This document shows positions 43,867-59,388 of a stretch of 64,000 nt of DNA, in pieces (the first letter of the stretch is position 1; the number at the start of each line of letters is the position of its first letter). Source of the stretch: the human T2T-CHM13v2.0 reference genome, Homo sapiens. Position numbers and translations under genes: made by a program. The DNA lies in the NCBI RefSeq assembly GCF_009914755.1, contig NC_060930.1, one strand, 5' to 3'. Under the pieces are notes generated by a model. That model did no database searches, was not told the origin of the DNA, and was given only the letters and a program-made list of their open reading frames with translations.

Positions 43867-45434
43867 GGTTCCCTGCCATATCCAAGCAGCAGTTTTCATC
43901 TGTTGAGCTCGAGTCTGCCAGGATTGTCAACACCCCACATCCTTTCAACTGTGAGAATGCAGCAAAAACTCCCTCACACATTTCCAAGGGAGGCTCCCAA
44001 ACCCTTGCATTATTATGTCCCTTTCAGCTTCACTGCTGCGTGCACTCTAAACATGACAGCCTCTTTCTCCACAGAATACACACACGGGCAGTGAAAGATC
44101 TAAGAACAACTTACAAGCAGGGGGAGGTTGAGCTACATTCGGAAACAAATTGCTTTTCAGAGAACCATTTTCAGGAAAGAACCACCACCATTTGCTGCTA
44201 AATAAGCCCAAAGAACTTGAGAGGGACTGAGACAGGCTGGCTGGCTGTTTGAACCTGGTATTTCTTTAGAGCTGGGCCTTTCTTTCTAGAACTGTGATTT
44301 CATGCTTCAGTTTTTGGTGAAAGGCAAAGGTGTAGGAGAGGTGCATAGTAAAACTGAGCCCTCCAGAAGCACAGCACTGAGGTGATGCTTCCAAGGGGGT
44401 GACACACTCCTGGCTCCAGCCCTCTGGATCCACGGAACAGTTTCTTTTTTCTTTGAAACAAGCCTACCATAAAGACTTTTCTATCTACATCTACCTCTAC
44501 AGTTGTAGACAGACACGTGGATCTTAGAGCAGGAAGTTCCCTTAAATATCAGCTATTCCAGTGGTTAGCCACGGAAGCATTTCTTAGATTGGTGGAGTAT
44601 CACTAGAAAAGCAGATAGAACTGTTCTGGTTGACGTAGGGGAAGGGTTGGCCACCCCACATCACCACGCAGCCTTCACAATAGCTCCACAGAAACTTAGG
44701 TAGACTTAGTTTGAAAACTCTTTCGAGTGTCAAACTGGTGCGTTTCGGGACATAGCTCTGGCTCACCGAGGTGTCTTTGGTTTGGTTCTCCCAATGTTTT
44801 AAACATTGTTGTATTAGTTTCAATACTCAGAATCAGTAGATTTTTGCAAAAAGACAAGGATGCCAGGCTCCTGGCAGAAAATCAGAAGATAAAGAGCAAA
44901 TGCGCCTGCATTGCCTCTTGGCCACAGTGTGTTGGGTCGAGTTGCTGCTTGCTACTGCTTTCACCACGTCTGGATACTGTTAGGTCACATGCCCACCCAT
45001 TTTGGATTTGCAGCCTCCTCTGAACTCTGATCTAGGCTGTCTCATTTTACAGATGAGGCAACAATAATGATCTGGCTGGGTAGTGGCGAAGGTGGGACAA
45101 GAATTGATTTCCTAAGTTCAGGTTTGGAGTTGCCTTTTCAACCATGCATCAGCATTTCTTAAACTGGGGGCAGGTAGATGTAGTTTTCATGATCAATGAG
45201 AATATTTTTTCCTTAAAAACACGTCTGTACTTGACTCACATTTGAGAAATCCCACGCTACACCCAGCTGCCAGTGGAATGCCCAAAGATTCACAACTATA
45301 TATTCAGTTGTTTCTGCTTTGTTATCTGTCTTGGAATAGCGGGACTCCTTGTGGCACAGCTTATTATCCAAATTTGTATATGCTGCTAATCAGATATGTC
45401 CCCTGAAACTTAACAGGTAGACAAAGAAAAGGCG

Positions 45435-45745
<311 letters not shown>

Positions 45746-45944
45746 GAAAAGACATTTTTAAGCAGTAAATAGTTCTGATTCTTCCAAGGTAACCTCACAA
45801 AGGGATCCACAGTTAAAGATACAGAAAGGAGTGTCACAGGAGAGCCCATGGCAACAGCACTGCCTTCTACCCCAGAGAGGCCAGGGCAGGAGCAGCTTCA
45901 GCCTCAGCTTCTAATAATGATTTGAGTCTGCTATACTGGGAAGT

Positions 45945-46185
45945 AGCACAGAGTAGTTGGTAAGTGAGTAGGCTCAACTGCGAGATGGCCTGGGTTCAAA
46001 TTCCAGGTTCACCATTTACTGCTGGCATGATGTTTAAACAAGACATTTAGGTTCTCTGTGCTTTGGCATAGTCATCTGTCATGGGAATAATATTTACCTT
46101 GTGAGAATTCAATGAGATAAGCCACATAGAGCTCAGTGCCTAGCACATAATGAATACTGATAAATGCATGCTATTATTAGCACAG
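45945..46185 (+). mobile_element. MIR
   Basis: gcctgggttcaaattccaggttcaccatttactgctgg..catctgt..gtgagaattcaatgagataa..cagtgcctagcacata. Confidence 0.8.
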
Positions 46186-47512
46186 CAGGTTTACAGTTTA
46201 TAAACCACACTGACATCATTTCCTCCCACGTTTTCCATGTAACACATCTATGAGATAAGTAGGATGGATCGGATTCTGTTTTAACAGACAAAGAATCTGA
46301 AGCGGTTGAGTCATCCAAGATCAGGTAACAAATACTCAAATCCAGGCTTTCTGCCTCAAGATCCTAGGTTGCTTCTACTATCCACAATGCCTGTGGGGCC
46401 TCTAAGGAGTAGGAATGATTTTCCAAGACTATTCTGAGGCTTAGCTATCAACATGTGTTCATATTTAGTGGGAGCAAATCACTTAAGAGTTAGGGCTTTG
46501 AAGGCAAGTAGCAGAGGTGGGTGGAAAACCAGAGAGGGTTTATATAGAGAAATGAAAAACTGCAGCACACTAAGGAAATTTTTCATTTGAAATTTTGAAA
46601 ACCCTGGAAGGGGATGGTGCTCAAATTACCTGCAGTTTTCAGGCACTGCAGTTTCCAGGTGGGGCCTTCAAGGGCACTCTGGTCAATGTGAGACCTTGGT
46701 CTGCTGTTCTCATCGGGGGTGGATGGAGTGCAGTATGGGGACTGGGCAGGAGACTAGGATGGGAGACAGGCAAGAGAAAGGTCCCAGCGAGGGAGCATGA
46801 GTGACTCTGCACATTGCTGGTGAGAGAGTTTACAGGAGGCAGCAGTCCCATTTCCCATGCAAACGAAACCTGTCAGATTACAGGATTTTCACTGGGTGCT
46901 TTCTATGGTGTTTCCTAAATTATTGCTTTGGATTCCAGAACTTTTATATTAGAACTAGGCACTGCAGCAAGCTTGTTGGAAATCTTGAGTAGTCTGTTTA
47001 GGACTACTGCTTGGTCCTAGAGGCAGTAATAGGAAATTGGCTCTAGCCTGGACAGGTACATTTTCAGCTTTATAAGAATCCAAATGGGCCCACAATTTTA
47101 TTTCCTTTAAGGCCAATGTGGAAGAAATGCGGGTCTCTTTACCCTCCTGTGGTACTGTGGGCACTTTCTTCTCCTCTTGCACTCCTAGACCCCCCCTCTC
47201 CCCCGCCCCCCTGCCTCCTCCCCACCTCCCCTCTAGGTCTTGCTGAGGTGGGCCAGGCTGAGGTGAAAGCTGTGCTAAATATCTTCTGAAATAATTTAAT
47301 GGGTTTCATTTCCTGCAGCCTCTTTCTATCCTCTGAGGGAGACATTTTCCATCTAGCAGGCCATGGTAAAAATGTTGAAAAGAACAATATAGTGTGGAGT
47401 AGGAAAAATAATTTTTGTATCTTGGTACCTGAGAAGATGTCCTGCAAGCTCCCTTCCCAAGACGCAGGGGCCCTGGGTGCAGCTCATCAAGATATTGCAT
47501 TCTTTCCCCATA

Positions 47513-47712
47513 GGGTTGCCAGAAAAAGCACAGCACAGAAAGCTCAGTTAAATGTGAATTTCAGGGAGGAGAAAACCAATTTTTTAATATAAGCATGTCC
47601 CAAATACTGCATGGAACATATTGTTAATAACGCTAAAAAAGTGATGTGCTGCATATCTGAAATTCAAATTTGACCATGTATCTTGTGTTATTTTCTGCTA
47701 AATTGGGCCACT
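47513..47712. mobile_element. MER53-like palindromic MITE
   Basis: gggttgccaga..cagttaaatgtgaatttcag ... tatctgaaattcaaatttgac..tgctaaattgggccac. Confidence 0.75.
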
Positions 47713-48283
47713 CTATTTCCCTAGGAAAGTATCTATATAAGCCTAGTGAGTGGAAAAGAAAAGAAGGCAGGTACTTTGAAGGTCTTCTGAAAACTGAAGA
47801 ACATAATAAAATGATTAAAGATAATTTTTTCAAAAAAGATCAGTGCATAATACTAACCATTTCAAACAATTAATTTTCATTTTGCATATACTGTTCACAT
47901 TTTTGTCCCTGAACATTTTTATTTTTTATGAATGTAATGCTGCATAATTGATATTTTGCTTTATTTTTTAAACATTGTCTCAAGTACTTCTTATAATTTT
48001 ATACTATTTTATAATTATTTTTAAGGGTAATATAATGTTCCATAGAATTGAATATAGATACCTAGATTTAAAAAAAAATTTTTTAAGGATTTCCATACTG
48101 TTAGGCATTAAATAGTTCTCAATGTTTAAGTTTGGGGGGTTATTGAAATTAATAAAGTATCTGTATTTCTCTTAAAAATAATGTTATGCCTTTCTTGTCT
48201 TTAAGAAAAAGTGAGTATTTAAACATTTTGGGGGACACAAAAGCAGTGTTTGATTTGACAGAGAGTCTCTCCTTGATCAAACT

Positions 48284-48764
48284 TTTTTTTTTGATCTACT
48301 TTTTTTTTATTATACTTTAAGTTTTAGGGTACATGTGTACAATGTGCAGGTTAGTTACATATGTATACATGTGTCATGTTGGTGTGCTGCACCCAGTAAC
48401 TCGTCATTTAGCATTAGGTATATCTCCAAATGCTATCCCTCCCCGCTCCCCCCACCCCACAACAGGCCCCGGTGTGTGATGTTCCCCTTCCTGTGCCCGA
48501 GTGTTCTCATTGTTCAATTCCCACCTATGAGTGAGAACGTGCGGTGTTTGGTTTTTTGTCCTTGCGATAGTTTGCTGAGAATGATGGTTTCCAGCTTCAT
48601 CCATGTCCCTACAAAGGACAAGAACTCATCATTTTTTATGGCTGCGTAGTATTCCATGGTGTATATGTGCCACATTTTCTTAATCCAGTCTATCATTGTT
48701 GGACATTTGGGTTGGTTGCAAGTCTTTGCTTTTGTGAATAGTGCTGCAATAAACATACGTGTGC
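48284..48764 (-). mobile_element. 5'-truncated young primate L1 (L1PA3/4-like 3' end) inserted in the 5' LTR
   Basis: ttattatactttaagttttagggtacatgtg..aggttagttac..; ORF 48514..48756(-) MFIAALFT..DWIKKMWHIYTMEYYAAIKNDEF is the L1 ORF2 C-terminus. Confidence 0.95.
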
Positions 48765-49195
48765 TTTAATCAGGCTTCTCTGCTTGCTCTTCCCAGCCAG
48801 TCCTCGATTTCTGCATTTCTGTGTCCATCTTTGCATTGTTCAATTTTAATTAGAATCCTGTCATGTCAGTTTAGCCAGAGTCCTCCACCCTTGATATCTG
48901 ACCAATTTCTTCATTCCCCACATCCCCCAGGTAATGTGTGATCACCCTGGCCTGGCTTTAGCAAGAATCCTATTAGGTCAATTTAGGAAAGACTTACCCT
49001 ACCATCTCAGTAATTTTCTGACCATCTACCTCCCACCCTGCTCCTTGGCTATAAATCTCTCCTTTTCCTTGTTATATTTGGAGTTAAGCCCAGTCTCTCT
49101 CATCCACCGAAAAGCCCCATTATCACAGTCCTCCTTAATAAAGTCTCCCTTATTGTTTTAACAAGTGGTGTGAATAATTTTATCTTTAACAGTTA

Positions 49196-49213
49196 TGGTG
49201 CCGCAACTTGGGT
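49196..49213 (+). other. Retroviral primer-binding site (tRNA-His or tRNA-Phe type)
   Basis: tggtgccgcaacttgggt 4 nt after the LTR end; 14/18 match to both TGGTGCCGTGACTCGGAT (His) and TGGTGCCGAAACCCGGGA (Phe). Confidence 0.7.
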
Positions 49214-49229
49214 AGAGCCAGATTCATTA

Positions 49230-49905
<676 letters not shown>

Positions 49906-51280
49906 TTATTTCTCTCAAGTGGGGTCTGACTTCCTAACTGTGCATTGGAAAATGTTTCCTGGCTCTTTGTGAGGCCTGCTTTGTTTGATCCTGTTTCTTC
50001 CATAGGAACTTCTCAGTTGGCTGAAACCACCTTCCCTAACCCCTGCTGACTATATGCTTTGCCACCTCTGTCCATCTCCTTCTTGTTGGCACGATTTTAC
50101 TAAAGATAATGTGGAACTTCGTTGTCTTCTTTTGGAAACATAAGTTCGCACCCAACTGACCCCTTTAAGACCACTCCTTTCCCACTGCTTTTGCTCCTTC
50201 CCTCACTTTACTACCTTTGATCCCCCTTCTGTCCTCTTGTAGGGGAGCACTTTGATATACCCCTTCGAGTCCCTGCTGCTTCTGCCTTCTGTCCCCCCCA
50301 CCGCCAGGCCTTTCCTTTCCCACTGCAGCCTTTCAACTGCCTACAGCCACTTGAGCTTTAGGCCCGCTGCCTCCAGTGGGGACTCTCAAAGGATGCAGGG
50401 ATTCCCAAACAGCAACCACCTGTGGCCGAAAGAAAAGAAGAAGAAAAGGCTAATTGGAAATAGACTAGACATTTTATCTACTCAGCCAGGCTTTGGAGAT
50501 GTCCAGACAGCTGTTTGATGTCCCCTCACTCTCTTACCTAAAATGTAGTCCATAAACATCAGGGCAAATGAAAATCTTAAGTCTCCTCCACAAATATGGG
50601 TAAAAAATATTAGCCCTCATATTGAAGGTGAATAGTTGCATGTATGTCTATGTATGTATGTTATGTATACGTGATATTTTCTTACCTCTGGATGGTATTA
50701 CAAAATTAATTTATAAAATTCCTTAAAGGAGTTTTATTCAAATTGATTAGAAATAAATGGGTGCTTATATAAACTAAATATTCCTAAAACTCCCAGAAAT
50801 ATAGGAACTAACTCAAATGTTTTTCAGTTTCACATGATGTGGGTAAATCTTTGGTAAGTAAGGTTAGTTTAAGACTATTGGCTTAATAAAAATAGTTGCG
50901 TGTTCTTCGTTGTCAGCATTAAACATAGTATGAGCATACTTTTTATTCCACTTGGGATTACTAGCCAAATAAAGTTAAAAATAGTTAATAGGGAAATAAC
51001 TTGAGATGATATATTAGTTTAATGTTATAATATATCTGTCTGAAAATAGTTTCCAAACTCTTTTTGGTAAATTGAATCCTTAGACTTAATGCTAAATTAA
51101 GTAATACATATTTATTAAATATTAATCATTTCTAAGTAAGATAAATTACTCAAGTATTAATTACTAAGCACAAGTTAAGTTTATATTTTTGGCTTCTTAT
51201 TTTTATATGGTATAGAGAAACTGAAAATATTTGGATCTGTTAATAAAAATAAAAAGTTGTGCTATAAGAAGTGTGAGATG

Positions 51281-51577
51281 CAGGCGGGCATGATGGCTCA
51301 TGCCTGTATTCCTAGCACTTTGGGAGGCTGAGGTGGGCAGACTGCTTGAGCCCAGGAGTTTGAGACCAGTCTGGGCAACAAGGCAAAACCCCCTATCTAC
51401 AAAAAATACAAAAATTAGCCAAATATGGTGGCATACACTTGTAGTCCCAGCCACTAGGGAGGCTGAGGTGGGAGGATCGCTTGAGCCTGGGATGTTGAGG
51501 CTGCATTGAGCCCTCATCCTGCCACTTCACTCCAGCCTAGGCAACAGAGAGTAAGGCTCTGTCTCAAAAAAAAAAAA
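51281..51577 (+). mobile_element. AluJ inside provirus
   Basis: J diagnostics; tgtgagatg on both flanks. Confidence 0.9.
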
Positions 51578-51924
51578 GACATGTGAGATGGTATCTTCAT
51601 AAAATTTGTTAGTCTGCTACAGAATGCTTGTTTATGACAGATAACTCATAATTGTCTACCCCTTACTAACCCTTAGTTTTCTCTGTAAAAGGAGATTACT
51701 AATGGTTAAAATTACAATCAATATATGTCAATAAACCTATTGAAAATAATAAGGGAACAACACTGTATGAAAAGTATGCAGGGAAATAGGATGTGTTTTT
51801 GATTTGTATTTTCATGGCAATATAATTATTTGTCCCAGTTCAATAAGAATCTAGTCTTGTAATATGACACTATTGTAAACATTGGTTATTTATTACCAAG
51901 GCTTTGAGTGACATCTCCTATTTA

Positions 51925-52101
<177 letters not shown>

Positions 52102-52341
52102 TTAAGAAACTATGGTTGACTTTATGGAACCAATGCTTATAAAGCTGTCTTGGAAACATCTGGCCTGGTACCCAGTTTATAGTGTTCTAGCCTTACGGAT
52201 GTCATTCCCTGGCAGGCCTAAAAACCTAAAGATATTTGGTGACCCTAAGAAGAGAGAAATTTACCCAGTCTATTGATATTGCAGGTGAAGTTTGGTGGCA
52301 AGTTCTCCAGAGGCTTTTAATATGAGATTTAATATGAGATT

Positions 52342-52686
52342 CTGTCTTAGACTCTTTAAGACATACCTGAGACTGGGTAATTTAAAAATGAAAGAGGTTC
52401 AATGGACTCACAGTTCCACATGGCTGGGGAGGCCTTACAATGATGGCAGAAAGCAAAGGAGGAGCAAAGGCACATCTTACATAGCAGCAGGCAAGAGAAT
52501 GTGTGAAGGGGAACTGCACTTTGTAAAACCATAAGATCTCATGAGATTTATTCACTATCATGAAAACAGCACAGGAAAAACCTGCTCCCATGATTCAATT
52601 ACCTCCCACTGGGTCTCTCCCATGACACGTGGGGATTATTACAGTTCAAGGTGGGATTTGGGTGGGGACACAGCCAAACCATATCA
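52342..52686 (-). mobile_element. THE1B-like solo LTR inside provirus
   Basis: aagacatacctgagactgggtaattt..ggggacacagccaaaccatatca; 5-bp TSD gattc. Confidence 0.92.
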
Positions 52687-54039
52687 GATTCCTATGAGAA
52701 GTTCCAGCAAAGCAAACTCAAAAGGTTCTATGTGATCAATTACCATTCTTGCTGCATTTATGTAAATAATCAGGCCAAATCTAATGAGACTAGATTTATT
52801 TTGTAAACAAGAATGAAGGAGTGTAGTAATTATAGAGAAAAATTTTATGTTTCAATGGAAAACAATAGTGCACCCTGGTAGGCTCTGTCTTGTACGTTTT
52901 GTCAGTCCTTAACAAATTCTCAATTCTTTTCATTTCCTCTGATCTGACTACAACTCTTCAAACTAACACTTCTAGTTTTTTTCCTACCCTCGTGGCTTGA
53001 CATCATGGAGGACTAAAACTGCCCTTTTCCCAAAGTCCTGAAAGCTGAAGCTAGACAACTCTATATATAAGCTTCAAAGAAATCACAACAGATCACGTCT
53101 GGACAATCTTTGCTGGCTGCTGTAAGGGCCATTCAGAAAGTTCAACTAAATGCCAAATGCCATTACCAAAGACACTGAAACTGCAAACCAGGAAACCTGT
53201 CAGATTGCTACTGCCATCCTCATTCTACCGCCTAAAGATGCTCCAAGCCCATTATCTAGAAATTTTCTGAACTGTTTGCTCTTCAGATTCAGCAACTGCA
53301 GTTATTAATTTTGGTTGGTTTTTCTTTTATTTACGTAGAAATTATTATTTCTTATTTCATGCCTAAATGTTTGCGTCAACGTCAGTAAATACAATCTACT
53401 ACCAAGTCCGAGCAGATGGTTCCACTGGTTGGTAAAGAACAAAAGGTGACTGCAGGAGAAATGGACCTACATTGTAGCTATGTTACATTCTTGCTGTCTC
53501 TTTTTTCCTTTGAACGAGAGGATGCATTGACAAAGAATCTCTCCTTGAACAAAGTTAGGTTCCTCTGAATCCTCTTCCCAACTAGTCCTCAACTTTTGGA
53601 CTTCCGTGTCTATCTTTGCATCACTGAATTTTAGCAAGAATTCTGTCAAGTCAGTTTAGTCAGAGTCCTCCATCTTTGATATCTGACTAATTTCTTCATT
53701 CTCCATATCCCCCAGGAATTGCTCATTACCCTGGTCTGCCTTCAGCAAGAATCCTATTAGGTGAGTTTGGCAAAGAATTATCCTACCCTCTTAGTAATTT
53801 TCTATCCATCTACCTCCCACCCAACTCCTTGGCTATAAATCTCTCCTTTTCCTTGTATGTGGAATGGAGTCCAATCTCTTTCCCCCACTGCAAAACCCCA
53901 TGATAGTATTCCCCCCTTACCATTCAAGTAAGTAGGCTGCCTTACCATTATACAAGTGTCACAAATAATTTTTTTCTTTAACAGAATGTAGAAAAATTAG
54001 CAATACAGACAAATACAAAGGACATACTCCTCCCCAAAC

Positions 54040-54715
54040 AACTCTGTGGACTCCTTGGTCTGTATCTTTTCCATTTCTTTTCTATATATGCTTCCAACAA
54101 CGGGGTCATACCATAGTTACCACATTGTAACATGATTTTTCATGGCACCATGTATCATGATTTTTTTTTCATATCAGTAGACAGATTTCTGCAACATTTC
54201 AAGTAGCTGCATAGTATGGAGGCTTCATGTTTTAGCTGGACAATGATCTATTGTTGAACGTTTTCATTTATCATCCCAACTTTTCTTTATTGAAAATAGT
54301 ACTGACATGAATATCCTCTTGTAGCTAAATCTTCATACACATCTTTAATTATTTTCCCAAAACAATTTTCCAGAAGTGAAATTGCTGTACCAAAGGTCAT
54401 GAATATTTTAAGGTTCTGATAAGCAGGACCAAACTGCCTTACAGAAAGTTTGTTCCAATTTACATTCCCATTCACAGTTAAAAATGACCAATTTCTCAAG
54501 GATCTCACAAATATTGCTTATTATACATACATATTTTTCCCATTTTGATGGTAGAAAATGGTATCTAGTTGCTATTTTAAGTTCACTTCTTTGATTACTA
54601 AAAAAATGAATATTTTAATGCTTATTTGCTGTTTGTTTTCCTTTTAATTCTTTGTTCTTTGTTAGTCCTTTTTCCCCAGTGGAATGTTCTTTTTTTCTCA
54701 TTGATTCATAAGAGA
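54040..54715 (-). mobile_element. Old L1ME-like fragment
   Basis: ccagaagtgaaattgctg..caaaggt.atgaatattttt; ccaatttacattccca; aaaatggtatct.gttg.tattttaa. Confidence 0.75.
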
Positions 54716-54802
54716 ATATTATATTAAGAATATTTATATTCTTACATATTAAAAATATTAATATTCTTACATATTAAAATATTAATATATATTAAGGATA
54801 TT

Positions 54803-54905
54803 ATATATTAAGAATATTACCATATTCTTCATATATTAAGAATATTACCATATTCTTCATATATTAAGAATATTACCATATTCTTCATATATTAAGAATA
54901 TTACC
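54803..54905. repeat. 28-bp AT-rich minisatellite, about 3.6 perfect copies
   Basis: Unit atatattaagaatattaccatattcttc; preceded by degenerate related units from about 54715. Confidence 0.9.
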
Positions 54906-55104
54906 CATTGGGTTTTTATATTAGAAAATTTCTTTCCTAGATTACATGTGATATTTATTGTGAATTTTTTGAGGTACAGAAGTTTTAAAAGGAATTAATT
55001 AGTAATTGCTATATACTAATTATTTTGGTAGAGAATTATATTTTTTATAAAATATACAATTGAAAAAAGGGGAACAATCTTTGCTTAATTTCACCCAGTA
55101 GTTC

Positions 55105-55470
55105 TGGTATGGTTTGGCTGTGTCCCTGCCCAAATCTCATCTTGAATTGTAATCCCTGTAATCACCACATGTCAAGAGAGGGAGGTGATTGGATCATAGG
55201 AATCATGGGGTGGTTACCTTCATGCTGCTCTCTGACAGTGAGTGAGTTCTCACGAGATCTGATGGTTCTATAAGTGGCACTTCCCCCTTTGCTTTCTTCA
55301 CACTCTCTCTCGCCTACTGCCGTGTAAGATATGCCTGCTTCCCCTTCCACCATGATTCTAAGTTTCCTGGCCTCCCTAGCCATGGGGAACTGTGAGTCAA
55401 TTAAACCTCTTTTCTTTATATTACCCAGTCTCAGGTATTTCTTTACAGCAGTGTGAAAATGACTAATACA
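55105..55470 (+). mobile_element. THE1 (C/D-like) solo LTR
   Basis: tg.tatggtttggctgtgtccc..gtgtgaaaatgactaataca; 5-bp TSD agttc. Confidence 0.93.
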
Positions 55471-56054
55471 AGTTCTGAAGAGCGACTTAAACTTAGAATC
55501 ACCTGAGATGCATTAAAGCATCAGGTGTCCTGCTGTCTGGGGTCTACACTGAGGAGATTCTAATTGGTTTGAGGTGGGGCCTGACATTGTTGTGTTTATA
55601 AAGCTCTGCAGGTGATTCTAATTGCAGCTAGTGGACCAAGGGTAACTCTAGTTTTTCTCATGGTGCCAATAAGGTACAGAAATTTTAAGAAATATAGTCT
55701 CTGAACTGTGGCCCTGTATAAAACCATGGTGTTGTGGCAAACCTATCACAGGTTATAACATACAGTTTATTTAAGGTTTTAACATTTTAACCAAAGAGAC
55801 ACATATTTCCTACCACCAGGTTTTGTTTACCTCTCACAGTAAGTGACTTTCTGAAGTTACAAGTACTTGGACAAAGCAAGAAGCAGAGGATATGTTATTG
55901 GTGTGGTTAAGGGTGGTGTGGCTGTTGTTTTTTCCCTCAAGATTTTGCTTGTTGGCTTAAGGCCTTATTTACTTTTTTCTTGTACTAGGTGCATACACCT
56001 AGAGCAATAACTAATACTAGTACGATTACTACTAACACCATTCCTGTTGCATAG

Positions 56055-56222
56055 ATCAGAGCATCTCAAAGTTTAATCTGCAAAGGAAACACCTGGAGAT
56101 CTCTTAACATGCAGATTCTGATTCTGTAGAACTGGGGCTTCCTGGGATTCTGCATTTCTAACAAGTTCCCAGCGGGAACAAGTGATGCTGCTGGTCCTTG
56201 GGCCATACTTTGAGCAACCAGG
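56055..56222. mobile_element. MER5A hAT MITE
   Basis: atgcagattctgattctgtag..attctgcatttctaacaagttcccag..gtgatgctgctggtcc..actttgag. Confidence 0.85.
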
Positions 56223-56737
56223 TAATGATTGATGAGACTGGGTTTAGAGATTAACCACATTTCTAGGAAGTAGCAGAGTATGTATTAAAACCCAAGTTAG
56301 CTTGACTTCAAGGTCACTGCCTCAATATCTAACAAAATGACACAAGCATTTGCCTTTTGATCCAGCGATCCCAATTCTAAAAATCTGTGAAGATTTACTT
56401 TCAAAATATAAAAAACATGTAAGTACAAGATAAGGCACTGCAGCATGATTTGTGATAGTAAAATACTGGAAACAACCTGAATGCTCATACACAGGTGAAT
56501 GTTCATTCACCTATGTCCGTACAATGAAGTACTATGCAGCTGGAACAAAGAATGAGGAAGATCTCTATGACCTGAGCTGGAGTGATGTCCAGGATCTGCT
56601 GATGAGTGAATAAAGCAAAATGAAAAAGAATATATAGTATGCTATTCCTTTTGGGAAAAACAAAGGGATATACAAAAATACATATGTGTCTCCTCCTTCA
56701 GTGCAAAAGAAATACAGGAAGGATAATCCAGAAACTA

Positions 56738-57159
<422 letters not shown>

Positions 57160-57494
57160 TATAGTGATATTTTACATACCCTCTAAAATAAATGTGTAAA
57201 TAAAGTTAACCAGGATGAGGAGGCACAGAGTAATATGAGGCCCAAAATGGAATACAAGCAATAACAAATGAACCTAAATGTATTACAAATGAGTAATATA
57301 ACCATACAGAAGGGGAGGATGAAGAATCTAAGAAACTTTAGAAAATAGCATCTTGACTGCATATGTAAGTACGTAAGGCTAAAGACAGAAAGAACTGTAG
57401 ATAAATGTTATACTCTAGTTGGCAAATCTGTTTCCCATTGGGGTAATGGGTTAGCAATTCTGCAACCCCGCAATGTACAGTTTGGGCAAATAAG

Positions 57495-57601
57495 CAATCA
57501 ACTCATCTTGATTTTCCTGGACTTCCCTGGTTTTAAAACAGAAAGTCCCATGTCTCAGGAGCCCTCTCAGTTCCTGGCAAACAAGAAAGGTTGGACACCC
57601 T
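57495..57601. mobile_element. MER96-like hAT MITE
   Basis: caactcatcttgattttcctggacttccctggttttaaaac.gaaagtccc..gttggacaccct. Confidence 0.7.
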
Positions 57602-58048
57602 ATATACATGTGAATGTATTTTAGATCAGAAGAGTAAGACTTCATTGCTGGAGAAAAAAAGCTACAAATAAGAAAGGGAAAAGAAATTAATCTTGTGGTA
57701 TTAGATTGGAACTGGAGGTGTCAATATAAATTTGTGGTTTTTAATGCAAAAATAAACCATTGAGTGTGTATGTGTTAGTATACACACACACAGTATTTCC
57801 TAACTCTGCTTGCTTTGAGGCCTAAGGACAATGACCCAGTAGCACAGAGATTTTAGTTTTGAAATACCTTTCTAAAATCAAAGAAACAAGGGCTCTTTGG
57901 AGAAGTTGATTCCAGACTGGGGCAGGGAAATACAAGATAAGCCTGTGGTGCCAGAAGTTAAGAAAGTGCTTGAAAAGAATTGGGTACATTAAAAGGACAC
58001 AGGAATCAACCTGAAGGAGCTCTCGATTGCCAAAGCTGAAACAATTTA

Positions 58049-58528
<480 letters not shown>

Positions 58529-59092
58529 TCATCACTAGGTGAACATCATAGTAAAAATTACTGTGGACAAAATCCACTGATGGATGCTAAAATTAGTGGG
58601 CAAAAGTTCAAAGAGAAACAAAATGCTAGCCTTGTCTCAAGTATCTTCCCCAAGATATTTATCAATTACCGAGAAGAAAATGGTAACTTTACAGTAGAGA
58701 AACTTTGTACACACTACCTAAGCCCAGTGATCAATGTTAACATCGCCAGTAATAAGACATTAACTTCATGAAACCCCGGCTATGACGCACTGAGGACAAA
58801 AACACACTGCTGTGGTGTTCTTGCCAAAAATTGTACAACCTCAATCTGGTCATGAGAAAACATCTGACAAACCCAGATGGATATTTTATGAAATAACTGG
58901 CCAGTGCTCCTCAAAAGGGTCAAGGCCTTGATGGATATAGAAGGACCAAAAAACTATCCCAGATTGGAGGATACTAAGAAAACATGACAACTGTATGCCA
59001 TGTGGAATCCTGGATTGGATACTGGAACAGAAAAAGAATATTGGGGGAAAATGTGAAATGTGAATAAGGTCTATTTTTAAGTTAATAGTATA

Positions 59093-59388
59093 GGCTGAGT
59101 GCAGTGACTCATGCTTGTAATCCCAGTGCTTTGGGAGGCTGAGGCTGAAGGACTGCTCTCTGAGGCCGAGAGTTTGAGACCAGCCTAGGCAACAAAGTGA
59201 GACCCCATCTCTACAAAGTTTTTAAAAATAGCCAGGCATGGTGATGCATGCCTGTAGTCCCAGCTACTCAGGAGGCTACGCTTGGAGGATCACTTGAACC
59301 CAGGAGTTTGAGGTTACAGTGAGTTATGCTTGCATCAGCCTCCAGCCTGGACAACAGAGTGAAACCTTGTCTCAAAAAGAAAAAAAAA
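59093..59388 (+). mobile_element. AluJ
   Basis: Full dimer; ggagtttgaggttacagtgagttatg diagnostic. Confidence 0.9.

Noticed and set aside
46865-46879. 15-bp match gaaacctgtcagatt to the ends of the 52980/61528 duplicated segment
   Set aside because: Too short and without flanking homology; compatible with chance
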